A stretch of DNA of 55,300 bases. Source: Bacteroidales bacterium. GTDB lineage: Bacteria; Bacteroidota; Bacteroidia; Bacteroidales; UBA1556. The DNA is taken from the NCBI GenBank assembly GCA_015493685.1, contig WGCS01000060.1, positions 1 to 55,300 of the forward strand. The letters run 5' to 3'. Shown here piece after piece: positions 27,352 through 38,961 of the stretch (positions are counted from its first letter, which is position 1; each line of letters opens with the position of its first letter). The translations under genes and the position numbers were made by a program. The notes beneath the pieces were generated by a model that saw only the letters and a program-made list of their open reading frames with translations, did no database searches and was not told the origin of the DNA.

Positions 27352-30117
27352 CTACTTTTGTAGTATTATCTTCTGACTAATCACTTCCTTTGATGTTGTC
27401 AATTTACAATAATATACTCCTGATTTCATTCCTTTTGAATTTAGCTGCAATTGGTGCTCGCCTTGCTCAAATTTAGCATTAGCCACCACTTTTACACTTC
27501 TTCCATACGCATCGAATAGTTCAACTTTTAACCGGCATGGTTTTCTCACTACAAAACTAAGCTTTGCAACATCCGTAAATGGATTAGGACTACACGATAA
27601 CAAATGAACACCGGCAAGAGAGGATTGCTCCCTAATACCTGCTGTATTAAAAAACCAATCTTTAGCAGCTTGCGCCGATAATTCGATATCCAATTTATAA
27701 TCTCCTGCTAACAAGGCAAAAGTCAACTTCAAAGTATCCCCTTGGGCGATAGAATAGGGTCCCGCACTAAGTATATTGGATACATCATTACCATAAGAAT
27801 GCTTTAAACCGGCATGATATCGTGATGTAGTGAGGCAAGTCCACTTTTCGAAATTCATAAAACCATCATAAATATTAATACTATTCCCACTACCGTCATT
27901 ATCAATATTATAACAATTGGCTTTTTGATTCGACAACCATTGAATACCAGCATAACTACCCCCAAGGGTTGGGTAGGTATAAGCAAGATTTAAACTGCTA
28001 TCAAAATCCGCTTTATTGGCGTAGGATTTCCATATATCCCAATCCATAAAAAGACCTACCCTAATATTATTTAAAGCATTATTACCCTTATTAATAATGC
28101 TATATTCCAAAAATACAATTTTATCTAGAGGACTCTGCTTGAAGGCATAGGAGCGTTGATTAACTTGAATATTCAACTTAGAGAATCCTGCATTGTTATC
28201 ATTATACTCATTAAGCCACTCTTGTGCACCAAGAGAAGAAGTATCGACTTTAAGAGCCGGTGAAATAGGTACAAAATTATTATCGTAAGAGCCGGAAATA
28301 CCATAGATATTATTGGAAACCCTATTGGAAGCATCTCCCACTAATAATCCTCCAAAAGCCAATAAATTCCTTCCCAATTTATAGGAGAATCCTTTCCCCT
28401 CCATTCTACTCCCATTGACAAAGCCGATGGTAGAATATGAATTTACACTAGTTACTATTTTATTGGTATCCAAAGTTCCGCTTGCTTTATCAACATACAC
28501 CCTGAAATATTCAAATGATGAATAATTAGTATCAGTATAACTTACTTTTACGTCCACATAAAAACCGATGGGCATATTGGGCATAATTCTAGCGCTAAAT
28601 ACTTTTGATTTGTATATCGAAGCATAGGTATTTATATTTCCAAGAGTATAGGTATTATTAATGGGAATCAAGTAACTGGAATTAATACTTATACTTGCTT
28701 GCAAATTGCTAGACGAAGGATGTAGATAATTGATAAAAGAACCGCTAATATAGAGTGTATCGTTGGATTGCTGCACGAGTCTGTTTTTAAAACGCAGACC
28801 GGGTTTTAGCGTATCTATTAATGCTTTATAGGCATTTACCCTGCCGGCACCCATTTCTCCTGCCCTACTTATATTTGCGGCAATAGTATCGATATTATCA
28901 GCTGCGTTTCTAAGTTGCTCTCTAAGTTGCCAATTAGTCATCGTAGGGAAATGCGCTTTTACCAATGCTGCTACACCTGCCACTATGGGCGAGGAAAAAC
29001 TAGTTCCATGAGAAGTAGAATACGAATTATTTATCCATGTAGAATACACATAGGTTGCAGGAGCACAAATATCTACCTGATGTCCATAAGAAGAATATTG
29101 CCAACGTTGATCCAGCGAATCAGTACCGGCACAACTCATCACATTAGCATAGGACGCCGGGTACAAATATACATCATTGTTGCTATTGCCAGCGGCTGCA
29201 ACTACCAAAGCACCTTTATTATTAGTGGCATAGTCAACCACATCACGACCAAAGGCCCCTGCAAAAGTACCTCCCCATGAGCAATTAATAATGGTAGCAC
29301 CATGGTCAGCAGCATAAACTATTCCTTCGTAATCAGCTACTAATACTCCCAAAGAATCATCAACTTTAACGGGTAATACTTTGGTATTATAACCCACACC
29401 GGCTATTCCAATATGATTGTTGGGAACAGCACTTACAAATCCACTCACAAAAACACCATGTCCCAGCACTTGCCATTGAGTATTATTATCGTTATTCCCC
29501 ATATCCCAACCACAGAAATTATCAATAAAACCATCATTATCATTGTCAATACCATCAATAGTATCCTGATAATTATATTTAATACCGTGAATTAAATCCG
29601 GATGCAATTTATCTATCCCCGTATCCACAATTCCGACTACTACATTAGAATCTCCTTTTTCCAAATTCCAAGCATCAAAAGCATGAATAGTACGCAAATA
29701 GTACTGCCTGCCGATATACGGATCATTGGGTATATATAATAAATAATCTTTCGGGCGTTGTTCAACATACTGGAAAACAGCCGTCTGCATTAAAAGAGAT
29801 TGAATTTTTTTTAGAGGTAAATCAGAGTTGTATTTTAAAGTGTACCATAAACTCAAATCAATTTTACGATCACCAAATTTATTTGTTGTTTCCAATTGAC
29901 TATCATGGGTCGGAAACTTCTGACGTAATTCATAATGTTGCAACTGCTGCAGAACTTGCTGAAGTGTTGTATTATTAATTGAATTAATGGTAGCCACTTC
30001 CTTGTACTGAGGCTTAATTTTTAGCAATAGAATATCAGGATAAAAAGCAGAAGATTGCGCATAAGCATCAGCAGCTATAAATACTAAAACAAGGAAATAA
30101 AAAATTCGATTTCTCAT
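27352..30117 (-). CDS. S8 subtilisin-like serine protease with T9SS type-A CTD
   Basis: Catalytic triad IVDTG / HG..VSG / GTSFSSP, AAAGN, DNDNDGFIDN..GWD, C-terminal PNPF...SGVYY...KIILQK. Confidence 0.9.
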   Translation of the reverse strand: MRNRIFYFLVLVFIAADAYAQSSAFYPDILLLKIKPQYKEVATINSINNTTLQQVLQQLQHYELRQKFPTHDSQLETTNKFGDRKIDLSLWYTLKYNSDLPLKKIQSLLMQTAVFQYVEQRPKDYLLYIPNDPYIGRQYYLRTIHAFDAWNLEKGDSNVVVGIVDTGIDKLHPDLIHGIKYNYQDTIDGIDNDNDGFIDNFCGWDMGNNDNNTQWQVLGHGVFVSGFVSAVPNNHIGIAGVGYNTKVLPVKVDDSLGVLVADYEGIVYAADHGATIINCSWGGTFAGAFGRDVVDYATNNKGALVVAAAGNSNNDVYLYPASYANVMSCAGTDSLDQRWQYSSYGHQVDICAPATYVYSTWINNSYSTSHGTSFSSPIVAGVAALVKAHFPTMTNWQLREQLRNAADNIDTIAANISRAGEMGAGRVNAYKALIDTLKPGLRFKNRLVQQSNDTLYISGSFINYLHPSSSNLQASISINSSYLIPINNTYTLGNINTYASIYKSKVFSARIMPNMPIGFYVDVKVSYTDTNYSSFEYFRVYVDKASGTLDTNKIVTSVNSYSTIGFVNGSRMEGKGFSYKLGRNLLAFGGLLVGDASNRVSNNIYGISGSYDNNFVPISPALKVDTSSLGAQEWLNEYNDNNAGFSKLNIQVNQRSYAFKQSPLDKIVFLEYSIINKGNNALNNIRVGLFMDWDIWKSYANKADFDSSLNLAYTYPTLGGSYAGIQWLSNQKANCYNIDNDGSGNSINIYDGFMNFEKWTCLTTSRYHAGLKHSYGNDVSNILSAGPYSIAQGDTLKLTFALLAGDYKLDIELSAQAAKDWFFNTAGIREQSSLAGVHLLSCSPNPFTDVAKLSFVVRKPCRLKVELFDAYGRSVKVVANAKFEQGEHQLQLNSKGMKSGVYYCKLTTSKEVISQKIILQK

Positions 30118-30213
30118 AGAATAATAAGGGACTAATGCAACGATAACTTATAAAAAATAGAAATCTACCAATGCGCGATAGAAGAATATTTTCACTAGCA
30201 AAGATAAGATAAA

Positions 30214-33200
30214 TTATTGAGCGAGAGTAAATCTTAAGCTTATGCCTCCCTTAATATTAGAGCTGGGATACTGAGAAGATACAAAGGGATGATTGACTAC
30301 CTGATCGTAGAAAGCTCTAAATGTTAATGTTTTGCTAAATTGATAATCGGCTGAAAAATTAATACTCATTATGCTCTGTCCCTGACTAATTTGATCAACA
30401 TCTTCAATCATTTTACGTAAAACAGTTTTATTCTCCCTAATAGAAAAGTCTAAACGAAGATTAATATCACTTTTAAAAGTCTTCTGTCCACCACCAAATT
30501 TGATACTTAATGGCACCTGCTTAAATCGATATCCTGTCCCCACAATCAATTCGTTGGAATTAATTTCTGTAATCTGATTATTGGCAAAACTCATGGCAAT
30601 ATTCCTACTCTTACGAATAGCTATCTTAAGTATAAGACTATTTTCCAAAGTCATATCAAGATTTATTAATGGACTATATTGTTCATTAATACTCACCATA
30701 TTCATATCATATTTAGAGACATAATTATTTCCCAATTGATCTTTCACCCAAGTATAGCCATCCTCTCCATCCTTATATAGCACATTAGAAGAATATCCAC
30801 CTACTGTATAAGTGGAACTATAAGCATGCGTAATGGTAAATGTTTTAAACCATTGATCGATAAAATCAATTCGTGTTAAACCATTATAGGTAAGTCTCCA
30901 GTTAGGTTTAGGTATTTTTGGGAATGGAGTTAGGGGAACACTTTGCGGACTTTGTCCACTATAGGCAGCCATAAAAGCAAACATCATTACATCATTATTG
31001 GTACGGGAGTATCCATCGGGATATAGGACCCCATTGAGTGTATCCTGTTGGTAGGTTCCATTCCAATAAGGATTACCTTTAGCCAAACGCTCTGCAATAG
31101 GAAGCAAGAAACTTTTAAAGTTCTCAAAATTCTTATTAACATAGGTTTTGCTATCATCTTTAGTAAAACTAGTTTGCCAGGTATTATAGGATATCGAAAA
31201 GGCACCCATCTGTGTTGGCGTATAGGCCGCATAAGATTGGCTTACAGTATCATACCTCCAATATTCTTGTCTATTACTGGAATAGTTCCTTAAAAAGGTA
31301 AGTTCTACTTTAAAGGAAGGTATCGGCTCGATGGATATTCTACCGCTAAAATTCTCCAGATGTTTTCTAGTACTCGGATTATTGAGTTGTTGGCTTTGAG
31401 TAATCCAATTATTTCGGGCTGCCCTCTCTGCAATATTTACCTGCGAACCAAATACAAAATCCCAACCCGGAGAACCATTACTTAAATTCATCCCCAATAC
31501 ATCCACATTCTGATTAAAACCAGGCATAAAAGTACCATTAGATTCTGTATAAGAGAAACTAACATTACGTACCATCATCATCACCCTTAAACTAGCATCA
31601 AGAACTATCTTAGCCCAATTCTTTTTTGATTTGGTCGTATCATTCTTTGCTTTATTAACAGGGAGGTTCAATCTCATGCCTCTATTTTGGTTTCCAAATC
31701 TACCACGACTTTTTTGATTAATCTTTTTTAAATATTTAATCTTATTGTACAAGCGTATCATATTACCGGTAGCATTCACCTGAATAGTATTCGAATTCTC
31801 AATATTATTTCCCAAAAACGTTGTGGATAATGGTGCAGATGTCCATCTATAATTACCACCATAACGGGTAGTTAAGTTCACCCAATTAAAAATAGGAATC
31901 TTATTTATTGGCACGGCATAATTTATAGTATAAGAATGATAGAAATTAGTTTTTCTTCCAAAGGAAGCCACACTCCTCCAAATAGAATCTCTATTTGTTT
32001 GCCAATTGGCAGCATTTTTATCAATAATACCGGCAGGTTCGTCCACCCGTGCTTGTACTGTTGCTGAATAATTGAGTTTCAGAGAACGGCTAAAGTCGTA
32101 ACGCATATTATAATTTCTATTCCAATTAAACGTTTTAATATACGTTGGATTAATAATAATAAGCGACTTTGTCTTTTTACGCATCAAATTCACATTATAC
32201 ATTCTATCAATGTTTGTTCTGAAACCCAATTGCTTTGGTAGTAAGTTAAAGTTAAAGTCACGAATCAGCGCGAAGCTTCTATGTTTTCGAAAAAACGCAA
32301 TCTTTGCAAAGGGTTTATAGTTTTTGGGGTTTTTAGAATAATTATATCCAAAGCCACCTCTATAAGTGCGTTTATCATCGTATTCAACATCAATATTACG
32401 ATGAAATTGTTGAGAATATTGATAAGTAAAATCGAAATTTTCAATATCGTAGATGTGTGGTTTTTTTGAAGTCCCTGTCCGCATCTTTTTCACATTCATC
32501 AAATTAAAACTTGTTCTCTTGGTATAATCTGATGAAATTGCCTTTATTGAATCTCGTTGCTGTTTATTTTTGTAGGTGGCTAAGTCTTCTTTGTATTTAA
32601 TATCCGGATTTATGGGATTAAATTCAGGATCTTTATATTGTTCGCTGATATCATAATGCAGCGGAATTCTAATTCCTGAAGTCTCAGGAAAGAATTTCCC
32701 CAATTGCAGATTGGTAGCAAAATCATAGCCATAAATATTTTCTTGCTGGCGTTCATTTACCCTTTGCTCAATACTTCCAAAGCCGGCCGTACTAATATTT
32801 CCTGCCAACACAACATTACCAAGATCAGCCAAATCAGCTGAGATAACAGTATTGGCTGCCCAGCCACCTTTTTCATCAAAGTCGGCCACCCTCAGCTCAT
32901 TGGCCCACACTTCAACACATTTTTCCAAGCCATCATCCTTAAGGCTTCCGGGTACGGCCTTAGGATTTCTAATTCCCATCATAATAGTTTTCACTGAACT
33001 TAACGTAGGTGTTCCCACTACAGTAATTTTGTTAGCACCATCCATGCGAACAAAAGGAGTCATCAAACTTACATTACCACCCGGATGTTCACGCATAAAA
33101 ATATTTCTAGCCTGCTTGGTATCAAGGAATTTCTTCAATTGAAGAGCAATCTCGTTTACTGTTGGCCATATCAATGCCGAGTCTTTGGTGTACCATGGTG

Positions 33201-36200
33201 TTAGGTGCAAAGGAATATCATATTCGTAATAATTCTGAGTAAAATCAGTTCCTAAGCGGATAAAGAAATGTAAATCTCCATCGGAAATAGGCTTATCCAA
33301 AGCTACTTGCTCGGCATGAATAAACATTTTCAGCGTTTTATACCTCCTAAAATCAAAATCTGTAGTTTTATATACTGCTCTTGCATCACCATCCTGCAAA
33401 TTACATGTTTTAAGCACTATACTTTGCTCATTAAGTTGCTGATAATTTGTTGAGGCATAGTTTATTTCTCTTGCTATACCGGCCGGCAGCACATAAGGTA
33501 TTGGTGAACGTTTCCCATTCTCTTCTATATTAATTCTTGAAACGTCGAAGCTGGTAGTTCCATTCCCATTGGAAGGAACATAATCACCCGGCGCCAATAA
33601 CTCATCACCATATTTTCTCCATTCGTTGCGTATCAATTCTAAAGTAGCAAACCGAAGCACTGCTTTATGAGCAAAATTTTTCATATACATTCTCATAAAA
33701 CGAATGGAGGTGAAATCTTGTATTTGACCCACAACTTTGTCGGGCTCAGTAATTGGAATTCTAAATTGATACCACTTAACGGTAGTATTAGTTCCATTCT
33801 TTAGGTGTACCGGTGCATTATAAATATCGGTAATATGATTTTCACCTTGCACCATTTTATCTTTTCTAATTTCTACTCTATACTGATAGTAGCGTTCTTC
33901 TTCACTCAATGTATTATCATGATTGATATCCTCCACATCGGGAATATTAGTTGCCGAGGTAGGATAAGACTCTTTACTTTGAGCTGCTGTGGGTGAATTT
34001 CCTTCAACGCCATTATACCTTTTATAACGATCAAGGATACCCAGATGGGCATTATCGTAATCGCCCCCTCTAAAATAATGATAATCATCATTGGCAGGGT
34101 CGCGGGCAGCATTTATATACGCCTGTGATCCGGAGCCATAAAGGGCAATAATTCGATTGAGGTAAGAATCTCGATAAAAACTAGATTCATCAGAGTCTTT
34201 AAGGCCATCATATCCCACATCCTGATATTCTCGCGAAGAAGGGACATTATCGAAGGAATTAGTCATTGCTTGCAGGGTAGGCACACGACCCCAGACAGTA
34301 GTATCTACATTTATTACATTGGCCGAGGTAGGCAAACCATTTTCAAAAGATTTTCTTCCATCGTGCAAAATATCTTCAGAGATATCACCCAAGTTAAAAT
34401 ACAAATCTCCACCACTAGCCATAGGTTTCTCCGGGCCACCTTCGTCGGGGTCGATAAATGGGTCCATCAACCAAAACTCAATATATTCAATATTAGTAGC
34501 CGTAAAATCAGTACTTTCTATTTGACGCATTATTCCTCCCCAACGTGAAGCCGGGTCTTTTAAACTCCCATCGGCATTAAGTCCTTTGGAGACATTATTT
34601 CCTTCCACATCAAAATTATATGGTCCTCTCTCACTGGGATAATAAACTAAATTCATCACCGCCAAATTAGTAGGCACATTGCCATTGGATTGTTTATTGG
34701 GGAAAATTTCTTTCTCAAAAATCTCTCTCACATAATGGTTCGACTGCAAATCCTTATTATTTCGGATATAATCGGGAGTAATATTATTATTTCTGACAAA
34801 GAGCGGGTCAATAACAAACCATGAAAGCATGGCTCTATTATACCCAATTTTAAGAGAATTTCCTGCAGCAGCTTCTGGAAACATATCAGAAGTAGTTTGC
34901 CCTTGAGGAATACTTGCCAATTTCCAACGCCCTGTATTCATTAAGTCAATTCCCGATGAGCTTCCCTCAAAATCATCGATATAGGAAACCCCTGTTTTCC
35001 CTAAAGCTCTTGGATGACCGGGTATCATCTGGGCAAATTCTCCGGTAATATTAATTGCAGAGGGAGCTTTGGTTTCAATAAAAGGAAGCTTATCAATCAT
35101 CTTGGTAAGCCATCGTGAATTTTTACTATAACTACCATTGAGACCCCAGATGGTATTGGAGATAGGTTCATCACCCGTATTTACTTTTTGAGTAAGAGGA
35201 CGTTCTGTAAGATTCATTATCGTGGCTCCCAATTTCAGATTTTTATTAAAATCATAGTCAGCATGAGCCCCTAATAATGTCTTTGTCTGCACATTAAACA
35301 TACTATTACTTTCGAGAGAAATATTTATTGGTGTGCCTGAATTAAGTATTCCTTCGTTGATAATTTTTACTCTTCCCAAAGTATAATCTACTGTATAATC
35401 CACATTCTCGCGTAAAGGAACACCACCGGCGGTAACTTTAACAGAACCCTGAGGAACATTCATCGCATTTAAAGAAATTTCGGATCCTGAGCCCGATTTA
35501 TATTGGCCCTCCATAGCAAACCGATTTTTATCGGGATACTGACGCGCCAAATATTTGGTGAGAGTATAGAGGGAATCATAGGCATATTTCCGTGCCAAAG
35601 CTGAATTTGGATTAGCGGGGTCGATGGCTTTTCTTAAATCTTCACCAAAGGGTTCCAATACAGGAAAGAATATTCTTCCATTTTTTGCCTCAATAGTTCC
35701 TCCGTTAGTAGCCGCCCCATTAATAAAATCGAAAACCCCGTCAGGAATGGGATCCAGCTGAGTGTTCAATTTATCGAGGCCCATAGCTTGAATAAGCGGT
35801 TTGCCACTGATAGCCCCTTCGGTGATAAAGCCTGTGGGAACACCAAATTCAGGATTTTCATAAACTACATTAAACCGAAAATCCTCAGAACTCACCTGAT
35901 AAGCTTTTAACGAATATACATTCTTCATCATAAGTTTCCACGTAGGCACTTTAGTATTTACATTGGTAGATTTAAGCAATTTAACAATTAAATTCCGTGG
36001 GGCGACCACTCCCTGATCTGAAAATTCGCCCACTTGATGCACTGCGGTATCACCTACCAAGGTATATTGATAAGCCACCGCCAATACCTGATCCGAATTA
36101 AGGCGCGAATTAATAGAAATAAACCCCAGCTTACGATTGACAGTGTATTCTGTTGGAGAAAGAAGACGCGCATTTTCTACCTTTGAAAAATCACGACCGG

Positions 36201-37500
36201 AGACAAAACTATAAGGTGCTCCGCTTAAGAAATTACTCACCGTATTAATATTTCTCACGGTAGCTTCATTATTTAACAAGCCGGCATACAAATCATTAGC
36301 ATTATTATAAGGCAAGCCATTAACATCTGCCATATCGGGCAAGATAACATCATGACGATAGGGTTTATCTTCGCCCAGGTCCATCAGGGCAACAATATTT
36401 CTATTATTTCTGACCGGGGCACCAATAGTTGTAATCCAAACTTCGATTTTTGTGATATTAATACCCGAGTTAACAGCAGGAAGATTTTTTAAGGCTTCAT
36501 TATAATGTTCCCTAAAATATTGAGCCAGAAAGAAGTGTTTATTTTCCTCATAATCATCAGCTTTTATATAGAATTTCTGCAGTTGGGCACCTCCTGATAC
36601 GGTAATATTTTTAGACTCACTCCGCTGTTGGGAAATAATGGCTGTAATATTTGTTTTCCCAAATTTCCATTTTGTTTTAATACCGAAAAGAGACTGGCTA
36701 CCACTAATAAGTGTCGTGGTAAGAGGCATTGACACATCCCCCGCTTCTACCAGCTGAAGTATTTCATCTTCGTCGCCCTGATAAGCTAATTTCATTTTAT
36801 TATCAAACTCGAAATTTGCTTCGGTATTATAATTAATGCCAAAATCGATTTTATCACCTACTTTGGCTCTCACATTCATTTGTATTTTTTCTTGGAAATC
36901 GAAATTGGAAACTCTCTGCTGCCGAACATCCAATGAGGGGTCTTCTCTTTTGGAAGAATTTACTCCAAAAATTAATTCGGCACTACCCTGAGGACGAATA
37001 TCAATGGTATTGCTACCAAAAATGGTGCTAAAAACCTTACTGCCCACATGAAGTTTGGGAATCAACGAATTATTACCTGCAAGTCCATCTTGTTTCTCCC
37101 TGCTTTTCCAGTAATTATGAACTGAGTGCTCCAAATCATATTTCATATATTCATCGAGAGACATCTCATAAGGTTCAGAGATATCAATTCCTCCTATCTG
37201 ATTATGAAATATATAAGTACCGGTGGTAGGATCATAAGTTACATTATTTGACTGATTAGACGGGTCTTTAAGGTATAAAGGACTATTCCCCGGGGGATTA
37301 TTGGGGTTTGCGCCTCCTTGTTGAATAGGATAGGGTAATGAATCTCCTGTAGCCGGTGTATCCGTCGCCAAGGCAGGCAATACAAATGCCGCATTAGTAT
37401 CGTTATAGGAAAAAGCCATGGGCATATCATTTCCAAAAACAAAAAACCAAAATAGCAATCCCAAAAAGGATAGAAAAATATATTTTATTTTATGCTCCAA
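30214..37500 (-). CDS. sprA: Type IX secretion system translocon SprA/Sov
   Basis: 2428 aa. IFGSNTIDIRPQGSAEL, YIDDFEGS, YIEFWLMDPF, GDISED...DG.K.FENGLP. Directly downstream of ruvA. Confidence 0.95.
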   Translation of the reverse strand: MEHKIKYIFLSFLGLLFWFFVFGNDMPMAFSYNDTNAAFVLPALATDTPATGDSLPYPIQQGGANPNNPPGNSPLYLKDPSNQSNNVTYDPTTGTYIFHNQIGGIDISEPYEMSLDEYMKYDLEHSVHNYWKSREKQDGLAGNNSLIPKLHVGSKVFSTIFGSNTIDIRPQGSAELIFGVNSSKREDPSLDVRQQRVSNFDFQEKIQMNVRAKVGDKIDFGINYNTEANFEFDNKMKLAYQGDEDEILQLVEAGDVSMPLTTTLISGSQSLFGIKTKWKFGKTNITAIISQQRSESKNITVSGGAQLQKFYIKADDYEENKHFFLAQYFREHYNEALKNLPAVNSGINITKIEVWITTIGAPVRNNRNIVALMDLGEDKPYRHDVILPDMADVNGLPYNNANDLYAGLLNNEATVRNINTVSNFLSGAPYSFVSGRDFSKVENARLLSPTEYTVNRKLGFISINSRLNSDQVLAVAYQYTLVGDTAVHQVGEFSDQGVVAPRNLIVKLLKSTNVNTKVPTWKLMMKNVYSLKAYQVSSEDFRFNVVYENPEFGVPTGFITEGAISGKPLIQAMGLDKLNTQLDPIPDGVFDFINGAATNGGTIEAKNGRIFFPVLEPFGEDLRKAIDPANPNSALARKYAYDSLYTLTKYLARQYPDKNRFAMEGQYKSGSGSEISLNAMNVPQGSVKVTAGGVPLRENVDYTVDYTLGRVKIINEGILNSGTPINISLESNSMFNVQTKTLLGAHADYDFNKNLKLGATIMNLTERPLTQKVNTGDEPISNTIWGLNGSYSKNSRWLTKMIDKLPFIETKAPSAINITGEFAQMIPGHPRALGKTGVSYIDDFEGSSSGIDLMNTGRWKLASIPQGQTTSDMFPEAAAGNSLKIGYNRAMLSWFVIDPLFVRNNNITPDYIRNNKDLQSNHYVREIFEKEIFPNKQSNGNVPTNLAVMNLVYYPSERGPYNFDVEGNNVSKGLNADGSLKDPASRWGGIMRQIESTDFTATNIEYIEFWLMDPFIDPDEGGPEKPMASGGDLYFNLGDISEDILHDGRKSFENGLPTSANVINVDTTVWGRVPTLQAMTNSFDNVPSSREYQDVGYDGLKDSDESSFYRDSYLNRIIALYGSGSQAYINAARDPANDDYHYFRGGDYDNAHLGILDRYKRYNGVEGNSPTAAQSKESYPTSATNIPDVEDINHDNTLSEEERYYQYRVEIRKDKMVQGENHITDIYNAPVHLKNGTNTTVKWYQFRIPITEPDKVVGQIQDFTSIRFMRMYMKNFAHKAVLRFATLELIRNEWRKYGDELLAPGDYVPSNGNGTTSFDVSRINIEENGKRSPIPYVLPAGIAREINYASTNYQQLNEQSIVLKTCNLQDGDARAVYKTTDFDFRRYKTLKMFIHAEQVALDKPISDGDLHFFIRLGTDFTQNYYEYDIPLHLTPWYTKDSALIWPTVNEIALQLKKFLDTKQARNIFMREHPGGNVSLMTPFVRMDGANKITVVGTPTLSSVKTIMMGIRNPKAVPGSLKDDGLEKCVEVWANELRVADFDEKGGWAANTVISADLADLGNVVLAGNISTAGFGSIEQRVNERQQENIYGYDFATNLQLGKFFPETSGIRIPLHYDISEQYKDPEFNPINPDIKYKEDLATYKNKQQRDSIKAISSDYTKRTSFNLMNVKKMRTGTSKKPHIYDIENFDFTYQYSQQFHRNIDVEYDDKRTYRGGFGYNYSKNPKNYKPFAKIAFFRKHRSFALIRDFNFNLLPKQLGFRTNIDRMYNVNLMRKKTKSLIIINPTYIKTFNWNRNYNMRYDFSRSLKLNYSATVQARVDEPAGIIDKNAANWQTNRDSIWRSVASFGRKTNFYHSYTINYAVPINKIPIFNWVNLTTRYGGNYRWTSAPLSTTFLGNNIENSNTIQVNATGNMIRLYNKIKYLKKINQKSRGRFGNQNRGMRLNLPVNKAKNDTTKSKKNWAKIVLDASLRVMMMVRNVSFSYTESNGTFMPGFNQNVDVLGMNLSNGSPGWDFVFGSQVNIAERAARNNWITQSQQLNNPSTRKHLENFSGRISIEPIPSFKVELTFLRNYSSNRQEYWRYDTVSQSYAAYTPTQMGAFSISYNTWQTSFTKDDSKTYVNKNFENFKSFLLPIAERLAKGNPYWNGTYQQDTLNGVLYPDGYSRTNNDVMMFAFMAAYSGQSPQSVPLTPFPKIPKPNWRLTYNGLTRIDFIDQWFKTFTITHAYSSTYTVGGYSSNVLYKDGEDGYTWVKDQLGNNYVSKYDMNMVSINEQYSPLINLDMTLENSLILKIAIRKSRNIAMSFANNQITEINSNELIVGTGYRFKQVPLSIKFGGGQKTFKSDINLRLDFSIRENKTVLRKMIEDVDQISQGQSIMSINFSADYQFSKTLTFRAFYDQVVNHPFVSSQYPSSNIKGGISLRFTLAQ

Positions 37501-37519
37501 CAGCCTGTGAAATATTTTA

Positions 37520-38104
37520 TTAGAGAATCTTTAAGGCAAAGCGAACCAAGTCTTCGACACTTAATGATAAACCCTGTGATTTAATAACTTTCTGCAATGC
37601 TTTATCGGCAGCTTGCTTAGCAAAACCTAACATTATCAAAGCAGATAACGCTTCCTCCTTATTTGTATTGTGTAAATCGGTAAAAATTTCGGCCACATGG
37701 CCTTCTTTTGATATTTTATCTCTTAAATCCAAAATAATACGTTGGGCCGTTTTAGCTCCAATACCTTTTACAGCCTGCAAAGCCGCAGCATTATTATTTA
37801 ATATGGCAGAAAAGACTTCATCAGTAGTCATAGAAGAGAGAATTACTCTTGCCGTATTGGCTCCCACACCGGAAACGGAAATCAACTGTCGAAAAATACT
37901 CCGCTCTCCTTTGGTGAAAAAACCAAACAAAGTATGAGAATCCTCTTTCACCACAAGGTGAGAATACAATTTTACTTCCTCTTGATCTTTTATTAAGCTG
38001 AATGTTTGCAGTGAAATATTAAAGATATAAGCTACTCCATTACAGTCAACAACAACTTCTGCCGGAGTTTTCTCTACTAATTTTCCTTTGAAGTATTCGT
38101 ACAT
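37520..38104 (-). CDS. ruvA: Holliday junction branch migration protein RuvA
   Basis: LISVSGVG, VKGIGAKTAQRIILDL, EALSAL.MLGF. Confidence 0.97.
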   Translation of the reverse strand: MYEYFKGKLVEKTPAEVVVDCNGVAYIFNISLQTFSLIKDQEEVKLYSHLVVKEDSHTLFGFFTKGERSIFRQLISVSGVGANTARVILSSMTTDEVFSAILNNNAAALQAVKGIGAKTAQRIILDLRDKISKEGHVAEIFTDLHNTNKEEALSALIMLGFAKQAADKALQKVIKSQGLSLSVEDLVRFALKIL

Positions 38105-38196
38105 AATTTAATTTTATCAGAATAAAAAAACAATAAGGGGTAAAAGTATAAAAACGAGGCTTTGGATGAGCGATTTTTTTCTAAAAAATACTACAC

Positions 38197-38889
38197 CTAA
38201 TTTAAGGCAAAAAGCAATTGCAACTGCCACAATCTACCCGATTTAACTGACTGATTATAAATATCATTCCCATTAACAAAGAAATTATTCACATTCATAT
38301 TTAAAGCCATGGATAAATTTACCCAATATCCTGATTTTATCTGCCACCGAAAAGAAGGACCTGTTCCAAGCATTAAATTTAATTTACGAAGTTTAAATAA
38401 ACGATTATCAACATCTTCAAGCCGACTAACGTCCATCGTCAATTTCACGCCACTACCCCATGATAACCCCCTGTTTTTTCTCTTAAAAGCATATTGCAAC
38501 CACAGAGGAATTTCCATGGATGAATAATTAAAAAAGTAACTATAGTCTTTATTTTTGTAATTATAATTGATATTAAGCTTGGCAATATTAAATAACAGGC
38601 CGGTGCGAAGCCATAATTTATCGGAATAATCGTGATCGACAACAATACCCACCACAACACCGGCTGCCGGGTATGAAGATTTCAACAGTATACTGTCGCC
38701 TACACCGGATGATGCGTTGGAGGCGTACGAAAGTAGTTGCGTACTCAGTCCAATGGTAAAGCCAATATGCCAATTTGCTGTGGTATCTTTTACAAAATCA
38801 TCTTCAACCCACGACGTATCGCTTTGTATTTGAGAAAAAACCAAGCTAGACAAAAAAAGAAAAATAATAATAATTTTAGTTTTAAGCAT
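38197..38889 (-). CDS. PorT-like outer-membrane beta-barrel protein
   Basis: Signal peptide from MLKTK, HIGFTIGL, G.VVGIV, EIPLWLQY..KR.N, amphipathic strands. Confidence 0.55.
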   Translation of the reverse strand: MLKTKIIIIFLFLSSLVFSQIQSDTSWVEDDFVKDTTANWHIGFTIGLSTQLLSYASNASSGVGDSILLKSSYPAAGVVVGIVVDHDYSDKLWLRTGLLFNIAKLNINYNYKNKDYSYFFNYSSMEIPLWLQYAFKRKNRGLSWGSGVKLTMDVSRLEDVDNRLFKLRKLNLMLGTGPSFRWQIKSGYWVNLSMALNMNVNNFFVNGNDIYNQSVKSGRLWQLQLLFALN

Positions 38890-38961
38890 AATGTCGTTGA
38901 AGTATTGTAATTTTGCCATTAAATTACTAGACAACGAAAGTACTCATAAATTTATTATACG

